This document shows positions 55,376 to 64,000 of a DNA stretch of 64,000 nucleotides, piece after piece. The stretch is from an uncultured Anaerolineaceae bacterium (GTDB lineage Bacteria > Chloroflexota > Anaerolineae > Anaerolineales > Anaerolineaceae). The position numbers and the translations under genes are program-made. Positions within the stretch are counted from its first letter, which is position 1. Each line of letters opens with the position of its first letter. The DNA lies in assembly GCA_942491385.1 (NCBI GenBank), contig CALOAF010000007.1, positions 63,613 through 127,612 on the forward strand, read 5' to 3'. Below the pieces are notes generated by a model. The model saw only the letters and a program-made list of their open reading frames with translations, searched no databases and was not told where the DNA came from.

Positions 55376-56709
55376 ATCTCAGAGACCGAATCACCAATTG
55401 TTTGATCATCCAGATTGATTGGATGTACCAGCACTTTGTCAACCCGCTTGCCATCCATATCAACGATTTCGAAGCGCATATTATAAACATCAAAATATTG
55501 ACCAACTTCTGGGATACTATCCAGTATGGTCATCATAAATCCACCCAGGGTTTGAAACCCCACACGATCTTCTTCGGGTAATGTTTCAATCCCCAATAAT
55601 TCTTTGATATCATCGATGGCTAGCAATCCGTCCATCAACCAGGAGCCATCCTCCCGTTGAATAATTTGGATTTCTTCTTCCTCGCCGGCGGTAGGGATTG
55701 ATCCTACGATTGATTTAAGCACATCATAGAGGGTTACCATACCCAGGACACCACTGAATTCATCAATCACCAATGCGGCGTGTGCTCCGGCTTCTTTAAT
55801 CAGGTCCAGTGCTTTTAAGGCGGATGTGCTATCCGGAACAAATAAGGGGGATTGAATCAAATCAGGAATGGACGGAGTAGCCCCATTCAGGCTCTGACTC
55901 AGTAAATCTTTCCCTAATAAAACACCCTGTACATTATCCAATTCACCGGTTGCGACGGGAAAGCGGCTATGGTTTGATTGGATGACCTGTTCCAATATTG
56001 CCTCAATCGGTTCTTCCAGGTCAATCCACTCGATTTCCGTACGCGGGGTCATGATCGAGTCGATATACCTTCCTCCCAGGCGAAAAATACCGGTTACCAT
56101 ATCTTCTTCTGCGGATTCGAAAATGCCTGATTGAGTGCCTTGCTTCATCAGTACTTTAATTTCTTCTTCCGTAATAATGGGATCTTTTGACTTCTCAACT
56201 CCAAGGATTTTTAAACCAATTTCTGTAGACGCGCTGAGTAGCCTCACAATGGGTGAGGTTAACCAGGAAATTACCTTCATGGGCATGGCTACCGCTGAAG
56301 CAATTTTTTCTGGAGAGTTCATACCCAATCGTTTGGGAATCAGTTCTCCGATGACCAGAGAAAAATAAGTTGTCAATAAAACGACGATTGCAACGGACAA
56401 TATTTCGCTATATGGTTCTAACCGGGATACTTTCTGAAAAATCAGACTCAAATCAGAGGAAATTGATGCGCCACCCAGGGCACCGGATAAGATGCCAATT
56501 AAAGTAATACCGATTTGAACTGTGGAAAGAAATTTATTGGGATTTTCCGAAATATCGAGTGCAACCTGGGCAGATCTTAAACCATCTTTGGCCATTTGTT
56601 GTAATCTAACTTTTCTGGCAGAAATAAGTGAGATTTCTGACATTGCAAATATTCCATTGATGATGATCAAAATAAAAATTATTAATATACTCAGAAAAAT
56701 GTTGTTCAT
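55372..56709 (-). CDS. DUF21-CBS-CorC_HlyC (CNNM/TlyC-type) membrane protein, putative divalent cation transporter
   Basis: Four N-terminal TM helices with an N-terminal hydrophobic pattern typical of DUF21, a CBS pair, and a C-terminal CorC/HlyC transporter-associated domain. Confidence 0.85.
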   Translation of the reverse strand: MNNIFLSILIIFILIIINGIFAMSEISLISARKVRLQQMAKDGLRSAQVALDISENPNKFLSTVQIGITLIGILSGALGGASISSDLSLIFQKVSRLEPYSEILSVAIVVLLTTYFSLVIGELIPKRLGMNSPEKIASAVAMPMKVISWLTSPIVRLLSASTEIGLKILGVEKSKDPIITEEEIKVLMKQGTQSGIFESAEEDMVTGIFRLGGRYIDSIMTPRTEIEWIDLEEPIEAILEQVIQSNHSRFPVATGELDNVQGVLLGKDLLSQSLNGATPSIPDLIQSPLFVPDSTSALKALDLIKEAGAHAALVIDEFSGVLGMVTLYDVLKSIVGSIPTAGEEEEIQIIQREDGSWLMDGLLAIDDIKELLGIETLPEEDRVGFQTLGGFMMTILDSIPEVGQYFDVYNMRFEIVDMDGKRVDKVLVHPINLDDQTIGDSVSEI

Positions 56710-56719
56710 GCTCCCTTAT

Positions 56720-57994
56720 CTAGGTAATGATCTCTTCATCATTTTGATTATAGATGATTTCTTTAGCGATTACCTGTAACTTCTCAATTTCTTCAGGGGA
56801 GATCTTTTGACTCTCCCAATACAACGCCAATAAATTTTCGTGCGGTAAGTTCGAAATGCTTTCATCCTCTCCCAGGCGTAAACGGGTGGAAAAAATTGGT
56901 TTACGAATGAGGTGGAATTCTAATGCTGATGCGAAACGCTCTTGAAACCACTGATCATTAATGAGGTTATCCCAATCTTTTGGATAGACGAGAGTGATCC
57001 GCACGACCGCATCATCCGCTTCATCAGAGCCAATCAAGTTGGTTTCTAAATAGGTGGTTATTTCTTCCGGAGTTGGCAAATTTTGGCTGGCATTCGAATT
57101 GACCTCTCTTAAGTCTAACGGGATGTCAATAAATGGACGCCCTTCCAGCAATCGCCATGAGATATTGCTCTTCCCTTTTCCAACCTCCGCAATTACAAAA
57201 TATTTATCATCCTTTGCTTCGCCAAAGTCAACCCGCTCGATGGAACCCGAATAGATAATATGTGGGTGGGCGTTTTCATTCAAATCCTGTGCTTTGTGAA
57301 TATGTCCCAGGGCAACATAATCAAATTCAGTTCGTTTTACCAGGCTGATGGGTAAGACAATATCGTGTCCCAGCATGATACTTCGTTCGGCGCCGTAAAC
57401 TGCGCCCTGCACGGAGGCATGAGCGGTCAGGATGGTTGGGAATTCCGGGTTGATATTTTCCAGAAGTTGATCGATTATTTGGGAGGTAATTGATTCAATG
57501 TTCGTATCTATATCATCTAAATTTTTTAATTCATCCTGATGAATGGATAGAAAACCACTGCGGGTGATCCATGGGATGGCAATAATTTGGATGGGTAAAT
57601 TATTTAATTGCAGTGAGGAAAAAAACACAGGCTTAGTAACCAAATGTACATTCGGCACCAAAAGAGTATTGAATTCCTGCAGGGCTGTCGCTCTGCCTGT
57701 AGCCGGGGAGATATCGTGGTTGCCAACCAATAAAATGGTGGGTATTCCGGCCTGGGAAAGTCGCATGATTCTCTTGCCCCATTCACGTTGAAAGGTTGGT
57801 ACCGGAGTACGATCTTTATAGGCATCACCAGAGAAAATCACCAGATCAACCTTTTCCTTGATTGCTGTATCAACGATGGTGTCCAGGGCTGCTAGAAAAT
57901 CGAGCACACGAATGGGTAATCCGGATTGAGGATCACGTTTGCCTTGTGATGCAATATCGATATGGGCATCTGAGAAATGTAATAGTTTTATCAT
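56720..57994 (-). CDS. sbcD: SbcD/Mre11-like nuclease
   Basis: Phosphoesterase motifs LLHFSDAHID, SGDAYKD, GNHD, TAHA and LGHIH. Confidence 0.85.
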   Translation of the reverse strand: MIKLLHFSDAHIDIASQGKRDPQSGLPIRVLDFLAALDTIVDTAIKEKVDLVIFSGDAYKDRTPVPTFQREWGKRIMRLSQAGIPTILLVGNHDISPATGRATALQEFNTLLVPNVHLVTKPVFFSSLQLNNLPIQIIAIPWITRSGFLSIHQDELKNLDDIDTNIESITSQIIDQLLENINPEFPTILTAHASVQGAVYGAERSIMLGHDIVLPISLVKRTEFDYVALGHIHKAQDLNENAHPHIIYSGSIERVDFGEAKDDKYFVIAEVGKGKSNISWRLLEGRPFIDIPLDLREVNSNASQNLPTPEEITTYLETNLIGSDEADDAVVRITLVYPKDWDNLINDQWFQERFASALEFHLIRKPIFSTRLRLGEDESISNLPHENLLALYWESQKISPEEIEKLQVIAKEIIYNQNDEEIIT

Positions 57995-58006
57995 CTAGGG
58001 GAATGT

Positions 58007-59299
58007 CTAGGGAAAATATCCAAGTTGTTTCATTAATTCTACACTAGGACCAAAGTTTGGATGATATTCCAATGATTGGTTTAGATCTTCAATGGCACTC
58101 TGCGTATAACCGATTGCCACATACGCTTGCGCACGCCAATAAAAGCTTTCTTCGAGATAAGGTTCACTGGCTGCATCAATTGTCAGAGTTGCCAGATTAA
58201 TTACATCCTGATAGCGACCACTGTAAAAATAGGCAAAATATGGGCCTGTTTGATACCACATAATGCGCCAGGGACGATCTTTTTCAGGCAATTGAGGATA
58301 AACCAGAAAGGCTTGGTCAAACGCTTCTGCAGCTCCGGCATAATCCTGTAACTGCACCATACTGGTGCCACGATTAAACCATGCGTAAAACAAATCATTT
58401 CCCTGGGTCGTTGAAAGCTCTTCATTGGCTTTCTGATAAGCAATCTGGTCCGCATTGCGAACTTCTGCATACGCTCCAAGGACGTCCATTAATTTAGTTT
58501 CCTGATCTACAGAATAAACCACTAAGAAGATGTAATTAAATGAGCGCCATTGCGATAAGAGATCATCATAGGAAACTGGAAAATCAGGTCTAAAGTAAGA
58601 GTCTTGAGAAAGGAATTGCTGTTTTTCATCATCATAACCATTTAACACCGCATAATGCCCCATCCAGGAAACTTTTCCATTGGTATCCCGAATGAAAACC
58701 CCTTTTTCGACCAAAACAGGAAATCCATTGGCAATTAAACTTTTTAGTACCGTCAGATTCCCTCCAGAGCGGGTAATTGCCTGAAGTTCAGTGTTATTAA
58801 TGACATAGTCTGCCATTTCATAAAGCATTACATTTTTATCTTTTTCAAATGGTTTTAGAACTGTTCCGGTATCTAATCGATCACCATCCCAACCCCAATA
58901 AGAAAGTTGCATAGCAAGGTTTGCAGGTGCACAATAATTCCACAAACCATGTTGATCCTGATAAACGACTCCATCCAGTTTTATTGCCGATGGCAAGGGT
59001 GTGGGTTCAAGTGTGGGAGTTGGTGTCTCTATGGATACATCAATGGTGAAAGTTGCGGATGGTAGGGGTGTGAAAGTAGAAGTAATCTGCGGAATAGTGG
59101 TCGATTGAATCTGGTCTGCATCCGGTACAAAAATGGCTGCTTCAGGAGGATTTAATGTGTAATCGATTTGTATTTTCCATTGGTCTACCCGCCATAATAC
59201 ACGCTCGCGCAAACTGGGAACTGAAAAAAGGATGATCACCACCAAAGAAAAAAACAGGATTGTTCCCAGGATAACTTTGGCAAAATTTTTCTTGAACAT
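58007..59299 (-). CDS. Membrane-anchored C39-like peptidase domain protein with C-terminal TPR-like repeats
   Basis: N-terminal TM, a Pro/Thr linker, WNYCAPANLAMQLSYWGW (C39-like Cys region), and C-terminal TPR-like helices. The family call is tentative. Confidence 0.55.
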   Translation of the reverse strand: MFKKNFAKVILGTILFFSLVVIILFSVPSLRERVLWRVDQWKIQIDYTLNPPEAAIFVPDADQIQSTTIPQITSTFTPLPSATFTIDVSIETPTPTLEPTPLPSAIKLDGVVYQDQHGLWNYCAPANLAMQLSYWGWDGDRLDTGTVLKPFEKDKNVMLYEMADYVINNTELQAITRSGGNLTVLKSLIANGFPVLVEKGVFIRDTNGKVSWMGHYAVLNGYDDEKQQFLSQDSYFRPDFPVSYDDLLSQWRSFNYIFLVVYSVDQETKLMDVLGAYAEVRNADQIAYQKANEELSTTQGNDLFYAWFNRGTSMVQLQDYAGAAEAFDQAFLVYPQLPEKDRPWRIMWYQTGPYFAYFYSGRYQDVINLATLTIDAASEPYLEESFYWRAQAYVAIGYTQSAIEDLNQSLEYHPNFGPSVELMKQLGYFP

Positions 59300-59504
59300 A
59301 ATCGAATTATAACACTCGAGGTTTTATCAAAAAGTCGTCTAATTGCATTTGATAGACAGAAAAAAATTATAAGAAAAAGAATTTCTGGGAAATATACTTA
59401 CAATAACATGTTTCACCTTGCACATTTTAGCTTTTATTGGTATTTTTATTTTGGTTTTATATCTGTTGTTATCCAGAAAACAACAAAGTAAGAAAGAGAG
59501 AAAA

Positions 59505-61664
59505 ATGATTAAAAATCGCGAAAAAACGCCTGTTAGTTTCAGTTTGCCACGTAGAATCCAGAGGTTGTCAGAATTGTCATTCAACATGTGGTGGAGTTGG
59601 AACCAGGATGCTCAGCAATTATTCAGATTAATCGATAAACCGTTATGGGATAAATTGAGTCATAATCCAATCGCATTCCTACAACAAGTTGACCAGTCAT
59701 TAATAAATAGAACTATCAGTGATTTATATTTCTTAGACCGCTATGACGCTGTGATGAAGAAATTTGATCAATATCTTGAGGCGAAGAACACCTGGTTCAA
59801 GGAAACATATCCCCAATTAGAGCAAGAGCAAATTGCTTATTTTTCGTTTGAATTTGGTCTGCACGAAAGTTTACCTGTGTATGCAGGAGGCTTGGGGATA
59901 TTAGCCGGAGATCACCTCAAAACCGCCAGCGACCTGGGCTTGCCCCTGGTTGGTGTGGGCTTTATTTATAAAAATGGTTACTTCATGCAGTCCATCACCG
60001 AAGATGGCTGGCAGGAAACCCGCAATTTTTATTTGAACTATTCAGAAGTACCCATTATTCCCATGACGGACGAACAAGGTAAACCATTGGTAATCTCCAT
60101 TGATTTACCGGGACGATCTGTTTTTGCTCGCATTTGGCAGGTAAATATTGGCAGGATCTTCTTATATTTACTGGATTCTGATTTGGAAGTAAATGATGCT
60201 AATGACCGTCAATTGACATCACGATTGTACAGTAATGACCTGGAAGTTCGAATTTCCCAGGAAATATTATTGGGCATGGGAGGTGTTCGCGCACTAAGAC
60301 TGCTGGGATATAAACCGACAGTCTGGCATATGAACGAAGGGCATTCGGCTTTCCTTGCCTTGGAACGTATCCTGGAATTGATTGCACAAGGAAAAACCTT
60401 TGACGAAGCTTCTGAAATTGTTAAAAAGAATAATGTGTTTACCACTCATACACCTGTCCCAGCTGGAAATGATCAATTTCCCATTTGGTTAATTGATAAG
60501 TATTTTTCTCAAATCTGGCCAAAGTTAAATCTATCCAGAGACCAATTTGTAAATTTAGGCAAACAGTCACAGGTCTGGGGCGAAACATTTGTTATGCCTG
60601 TTTTGGCACTCAAGCTTTCTGAACATATGAATGCAGTTTCTGAATTGCATGGTGATGTATCCCGGAAAATGTGGAACTGGTTATGGCCAGACCGCTCAGA
60701 GGAAGAGGTTCCGATTACCCATATTACCAATGGAATTCATACGAGTTCATGGATTGCCAGACAAACCAACTTATTATTCCAGAAATATTTAGCGCCAGAT
60801 TGGATGGAACGGGCTGACGATCCAGAAATTTGGGAAAACATCGAAAGAATTCCTGATTTTGAATTGTGGGCTGTCAGAAAGCATTTAAAACGAAAGTTGA
60901 CGGTTTATTGTAACGAAGTAGCCAGGGAAAAATGGCAGCGAGGTGGTTTTCACCCGGTGCAGGTTGTTGCCAGCGGAGTTTTAATGGAGCCATATTCCTT
61001 AACAATTGGTTTTGCACGCCGTTTTGCAACCTATAAACGTGCCAATTTAATCCTGCGCGATTATGAACGATTGCTAAAACTTGTAACAAACGAACGTATG
61101 CCAGTTCAAATTATCTTTGCTGGAAAAGCCCATCCAGCAGATGAGCCAGGGAAATTAATCATTCAGGAAATCTATCGAGCTGTTAAAGATGCCAAAATGG
61201 GTGGTCGTTTGATATTTCTGGAAGATTATGATATGAGAATCGCCAGACTTTTAGTTCAAGGTGTTGATGTGTGGCTAAACACACCCCGGAGACCGAATGA
61301 AGCCTCAGGTACTTCTGGTATGAAAGCTGCCTTAAATGGTGTTTTGAATCTATCGGTGTTGGATGGTTGGTGGCGTGAAGGTTACAATGGTAAAAATGGC
61401 TGGCCAATCGGTGACGATACTGAGTATGAGGATACGAACCAACAGGACGAGATTGATTCAATAGATCTCTATGAAACCCTAGAAAATGAAATCGTACCTT
61501 TGTATTATCAATCCAGGTCAGCGGATAATTTGCCAAATGAATGGATTGCGCGCATTAAAGAGACAATTCGCTCCAATGCACCCAAATTCTCTACGCGGAG
61601 AATGGTGAAAGAGTATATGAATAATCTTTATGCTGGTGCTGCAGAAAATAATATAGATAAATAA
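59505..61664 (+). CDS. glgP: Alpha-glucan phosphorylase (GT35)
   Basis: N-terminal LSFNMWWSWN, GGLGILAGDH, and PLP-lysine region EASGTSGMKAALNG. The ATG at 59505 was preferred over the upstream TTG. Confidence 0.9.
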   Translation: MIKNREKTPVSFSLPRRIQRLSELSFNMWWSWNQDAQQLFRLIDKPLWDKLSHNPIAFLQQVDQSLINRTISDLYFLDRYDAVMKKFDQYLEAKNTWFKETYPQLEQEQIAYFSFEFGLHESLPVYAGGLGILAGDHLKTASDLGLPLVGVGFIYKNGYFMQSITEDGWQETRNFYLNYSEVPIIPMTDEQGKPLVISIDLPGRSVFARIWQVNIGRIFLYLLDSDLEVNDANDRQLTSRLYSNDLEVRISQEILLGMGGVRALRLLGYKPTVWHMNEGHSAFLALERILELIAQGKTFDEASEIVKKNNVFTTHTPVPAGNDQFPIWLIDKYFSQIWPKLNLSRDQFVNLGKQSQVWGETFVMPVLALKLSEHMNAVSELHGDVSRKMWNWLWPDRSEEEVPITHITNGIHTSSWIARQTNLLFQKYLAPDWMERADDPEIWENIERIPDFELWAVRKHLKRKLTVYCNEVAREKWQRGGFHPVQVVASGVLMEPYSLTIGFARRFATYKRANLILRDYERLLKLVTNERMPVQIIFAGKAHPADEPGKLIIQEIYRAVKDAKMGGRLIFLEDYDMRIARLLVQGVDVWLNTPRRPNEASGTSGMKAALNGVLNLSVLDGWWREGYNGKNGWPIGDDTEYEDTNQQDEIDSIDLYETLENEIVPLYYQSRSADNLPNEWIARIKETIRSNAPKFSTRRMVKEYMNNLYAGAAENNIDK

Positions 61665-61673
61665 GAGGTCCTT

Positions 61674-62195
61674 ATGCCATTACCATCCTCTCCAATTCTA
61701 ATAATTTTGATCATCTTTTTCCTGCGCGTATCGGATATGTCGTTGGATACAATCCGAGTTTTGTTTGTCTTTCGGGGACGAAGAGGATTGGCCTGGATAC
61801 TAGGATTCTTTCAATCTTTATTATTTGTTATTGCCATCACATCCGTATTGGCCAATATGGATAATTTTCTTAATATTATCGCGTATGCAGCCGGCTTTGC
61901 TACAGGGAATGTGGTTGGGATGACCATTGAAAACAGATTGGCGGTAGGGCATATTAATATGACCATCTTCAGCCCAATGGCTGGACCAAGAATAGCGGAT
62001 GCGCTGAGAAATGCTGGTTTTGCAGCGACAGAAGTCTCTGGAAGGGGTAGAAATGGAATGGTTTCCGTTCTGCATGTTGCAGTCCTGAGAAAGAGAGTGG
62101 ATGAGGTGGAAAAAATCGTCCTGGATAAGGACAAGGACGCCTTCGTAACTGCACAAGATGTCCGGCCAATCCGAAGAGGTTTCTGGCGGGCATGA
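61674..62195 (+). CDS. UPF0316/DUF2179 family membrane protein
   Basis: Three N-terminal TM helices (FLRVSDMSLDTIRV pattern) plus a C-terminal DUF2179-like soluble domain. Confidence 0.7.
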   Translation: MPLPSSPILIILIIFFLRVSDMSLDTIRVLFVFRGRRGLAWILGFFQSLLFVIAITSVLANMDNFLNIIAYAAGFATGNVVGMTIENRLAVGHINMTIFSPMAGPRIADALRNAGFAATEVSGRGRNGMVSVLHVAVLRKRVDEVEKIVLDKDKDAFVTAQDVRPIRRGFWRA

Positions 62196-62246
62196 TTGGA
62201 AAATTCTTGGCAGGGTATTCATCTCCCTACTTTTTTATTTATATAA

Positions 62247-63737
62247 ATGATGAACAAAGAAACTGCATATTTAGGAATTGATCTGGGCACATCCAGCCTT
62301 AAGCTGGTTTTGGTTGATACCCAGTTAAGGTTAATTTTCTCATTCAAAAAAGAATATCCCATTCAGTCACCTGAACCCGGTTTTGCAGAGCAGGATCCTG
62401 GAACCTGGATCTCTGCCCTGGAAACAGGTCTAAGGGGAGTCGGTGAATTCTTGGAAATTAATCGAATGTTCCTGAAAGGAATTGGCGTCAGCGGGCAAAT
62501 GCATAGTCTTGTTTGCCTGGATAACAATTTAAGACCTGTTCAAAATGCAATAATATGGTCAGATCAAAGGGCATCAGAAATTGTTGATTGCCTTAATACA
62601 CAATATCCGAAAAGTGAATGGAAAAAATGGATTGCGAATCCAATTGCCTCAGGTTTTACCTTCCCCAGTTGGATGTGGATCAAAGAAAATGATGAAAACT
62701 CAGCCGAGAAAATTCAATATTTGCTGCAACCGAAAGATTACGTGCGGTTTTGGTTAACCGGAGAACTATGCACTGATCCCAGTGACGCATCCGCGACAGG
62801 ATTTTACCATCCTGGGAAAATGAAGTGGTCTCCAACCATCCTTGATATAGCTGGATTGACTGAGGAAAATTTTCCTCCCGTATTGGCGTCTTTAGATGTG
62901 ATTGGGTATCTTAAACCGGAATTATCAAAGAAATTTGGTCTGCCGAACAAAGTTCCTGTAATCGCTGGTGGAGGGGATCAGGCAATTCAAGCTTTAGCTT
63001 ACAATGTTACTTCAGAAGGTGAATGTCTTGTTACCATTGGAAGTGGTGGACAAATATTTTCTCCAACCAATAAACCAACACCAGAATCTGAATTACGATT
63101 GAACCTTTTTAATCATGTGGTTCCAAACATTTGGCATTTTGAAGCTGCAACACTCGCCGCCGGGTTGTCATTTCGTTGGTTTAAATCCCTGCTGAGCAAG
63201 GATTTTTCGTATCTGCAGCTGGCAGATTTGGCATCAAACGTTAAATTAGATAAGAATTTATTTTTTATGCCATACCTGAATGGGGAACGGACGCCATGGA
63301 TGAATTCAAAGATGACCGGTGCATTTCTTGGTCTTCAAATGAACCATGAAATTGCTCATATGTCCCGTGCACTGATGGAAGGAGTTGTGTTTAGCATTGG
63401 TCAGGCAATGGATGTTATCCGGAATTGCGGAATCCATCCAAAGTCAGTGATCATTTCCGGAGGTGGCAGCAGGCATCCTTTTTGGATACAGCTTCTGGCA
63501 AATGTGTTTGGACTCCAGGTTAAGAAAACAAATACCACCGAAGCGACTGCCAAAGGGGCAGCTCTGGCAGCCTGGCTTGGTGTGAATCAAATAAATTATG
63601 CTTCAGCAAAGAAAATCATACAGAAAAGTATCATCATTGATAAGATATTTGCTCCAGATCAGGATCAGGCTGAATTACAGGGAAAATATCAAAGATTTAA
63701 TGAGATTTATCCAAAAAATGTGAAATTATTTTCCTGA
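62247..63737 (+). CDS. xylB: Xylulokinase-like FGGY carbohydrate kinase
   Basis: LGIDLGTSSLK, GVSGQMHSLVCLD, IIWSDQRA and the C-terminal GGGSRHPFW block. Confidence 0.75.
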   Translation: MMNKETAYLGIDLGTSSLKLVLVDTQLRLIFSFKKEYPIQSPEPGFAEQDPGTWISALETGLRGVGEFLEINRMFLKGIGVSGQMHSLVCLDNNLRPVQNAIIWSDQRASEIVDCLNTQYPKSEWKKWIANPIASGFTFPSWMWIKENDENSAEKIQYLLQPKDYVRFWLTGELCTDPSDASATGFYHPGKMKWSPTILDIAGLTEENFPPVLASLDVIGYLKPELSKKFGLPNKVPVIAGGGDQAIQALAYNVTSEGECLVTIGSGGQIFSPTNKPTPESELRLNLFNHVVPNIWHFEAATLAAGLSFRWFKSLLSKDFSYLQLADLASNVKLDKNLFFMPYLNGERTPWMNSKMTGAFLGLQMNHEIAHMSRALMEGVVFSIGQAMDVIRNCGIHPKSVIISGGGSRHPFWIQLLANVFGLQVKKTNTTEATAKGAALAAWLGVNQINYASAKKIIQKSIIIDKIFAPDQDQAELQGKYQRFNEIYPKNVKLFS

Positions 63738-63740
63738 GAC

Positions 63741-64000
63741 TCAATACTTTTCGATCTGTTTGACAATTAATGAAATACCTTGCTTATTGATGACTTGAAC
63801 AGGCGTTCCGGGAGGTAAATTGCGAAAATCTTCTGTGATCGCGCTCCACTCTTCACCTGCCAACTGGATTGTTCCGTGCGGTTCCAAAGGCAAAACGACA
63901 TACCCTTTTAATCCCATCAAAGATTCCATACCTGTCCTGACAGGGGATTTTAATGCCCGGATGGCAAATCGCATTACCACAAAAATACCACCTGCTAATA
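63741..64000 (-). CDS. NfeD-like protein, C-terminal OB-fold part (gene continues beyond window)
   Basis: C-terminal pattern GTIQLAGEEWSAITED...PGTPVQVINKQGISLIVK is typical of the NfeD OB domain. The frame is open to the window end. Confidence 0.55.
   Translation of the reverse strand, partial: LAGGIFVVMRFAIRALKSPVRTGMESLMGLKGYVVLPLEPHGTIQLAGEEWSAITEDFRNLPPGTPVQVINKQGISLIVKQIEKY

Noticed and set aside
52805-57994. The SbcC/SbcD pair as part of an anti-phage defence island (Lamassu/Wadjet/Gabija-like)
   Set aside because: The motifs are those of canonical Rad50/Mre11-type SbcCD: zinc hook and all phosphoesterase motifs. No accompanying defence-specific partners, such as a kleisin, Toprim/OLD domain or DUF4297, are present.
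59418-59504. A hydrophobic N-terminal extension (TTG start) that would put a TM helix on the alpha-glucan phosphorylase
   Set aside because: The conserved phosphorylase N-terminus begins after the ATG at 59505, which has a purine-rich RBS-like run. A TTG-initiated TM extension is unsupported.
1-64000. CRISPR arrays, IS elements/transposases, integrases, prophage genes and toxin-antitoxin pairs
   Set aside because: I saw no regularly spaced direct repeats, no terminal inverted repeats flanking a transposase-like ORF, and no integrase/recombinase or phage structural motifs in any frame.

Overview
This is a dense, low-GC chromosomal segment with about 55 protein genes, one tRNA and one riboswitch. 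Many neighbouring genes share ATGA or 4-nt start/stop overlaps. The gene content includes a multi-GAF kinase, a Ser/Thr kinase with a beta-propeller, Pro/Thr-rich linkers and an F420/LLM oxidoreductase. This suggests a Chloroflexota/Anaerolineae-like bacterium, but that is inference only.

I saw no CRISPR array, transposase, integrase, prophage or recognisable defence genes, and most of the window is ordinary housekeeping. I found no convincing evidence for a wholly new multi-gene system.

The observations worth a second look are:
1. A TPP riboswitch with a terminator/antiterminator controls a thiN-thiBPQ thiamine salvage operon. A DUF402 gene is translationally coupled to the end of that operon.
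2. A tRNA-Lys(UUU) is followed by degenerate copies of its own 3' half.
3. Next to the tRNA lies a ~12.5-kb beta-1,3-glucan (laminarin-type) utilisation locus.
   - Its regulator is an unusual cytosolic fusion (PBP1 sensor, histidine kinase, two receiver domains, AraC) and is interrupted by an in-frame TGA.
   - It also contains an HTH-only LacI mini-ORF.
   - A ~1150-aa candidate glycoside phosphorylase in the locus is split by a 1-nt frameshift.
4. An 82-nt, almost pure polypurine, G-run-rich tract sits right after that locus.
5. An sbcD / DUF21-CBS / sbcC / GT4 / GT4 gene string is translationally coupled.
6. An alpha/beta-hydrolase lacking its nucleophile serine is coupled to a two-component pair.

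All family assignments come from motifs read by eye. No database search was run.
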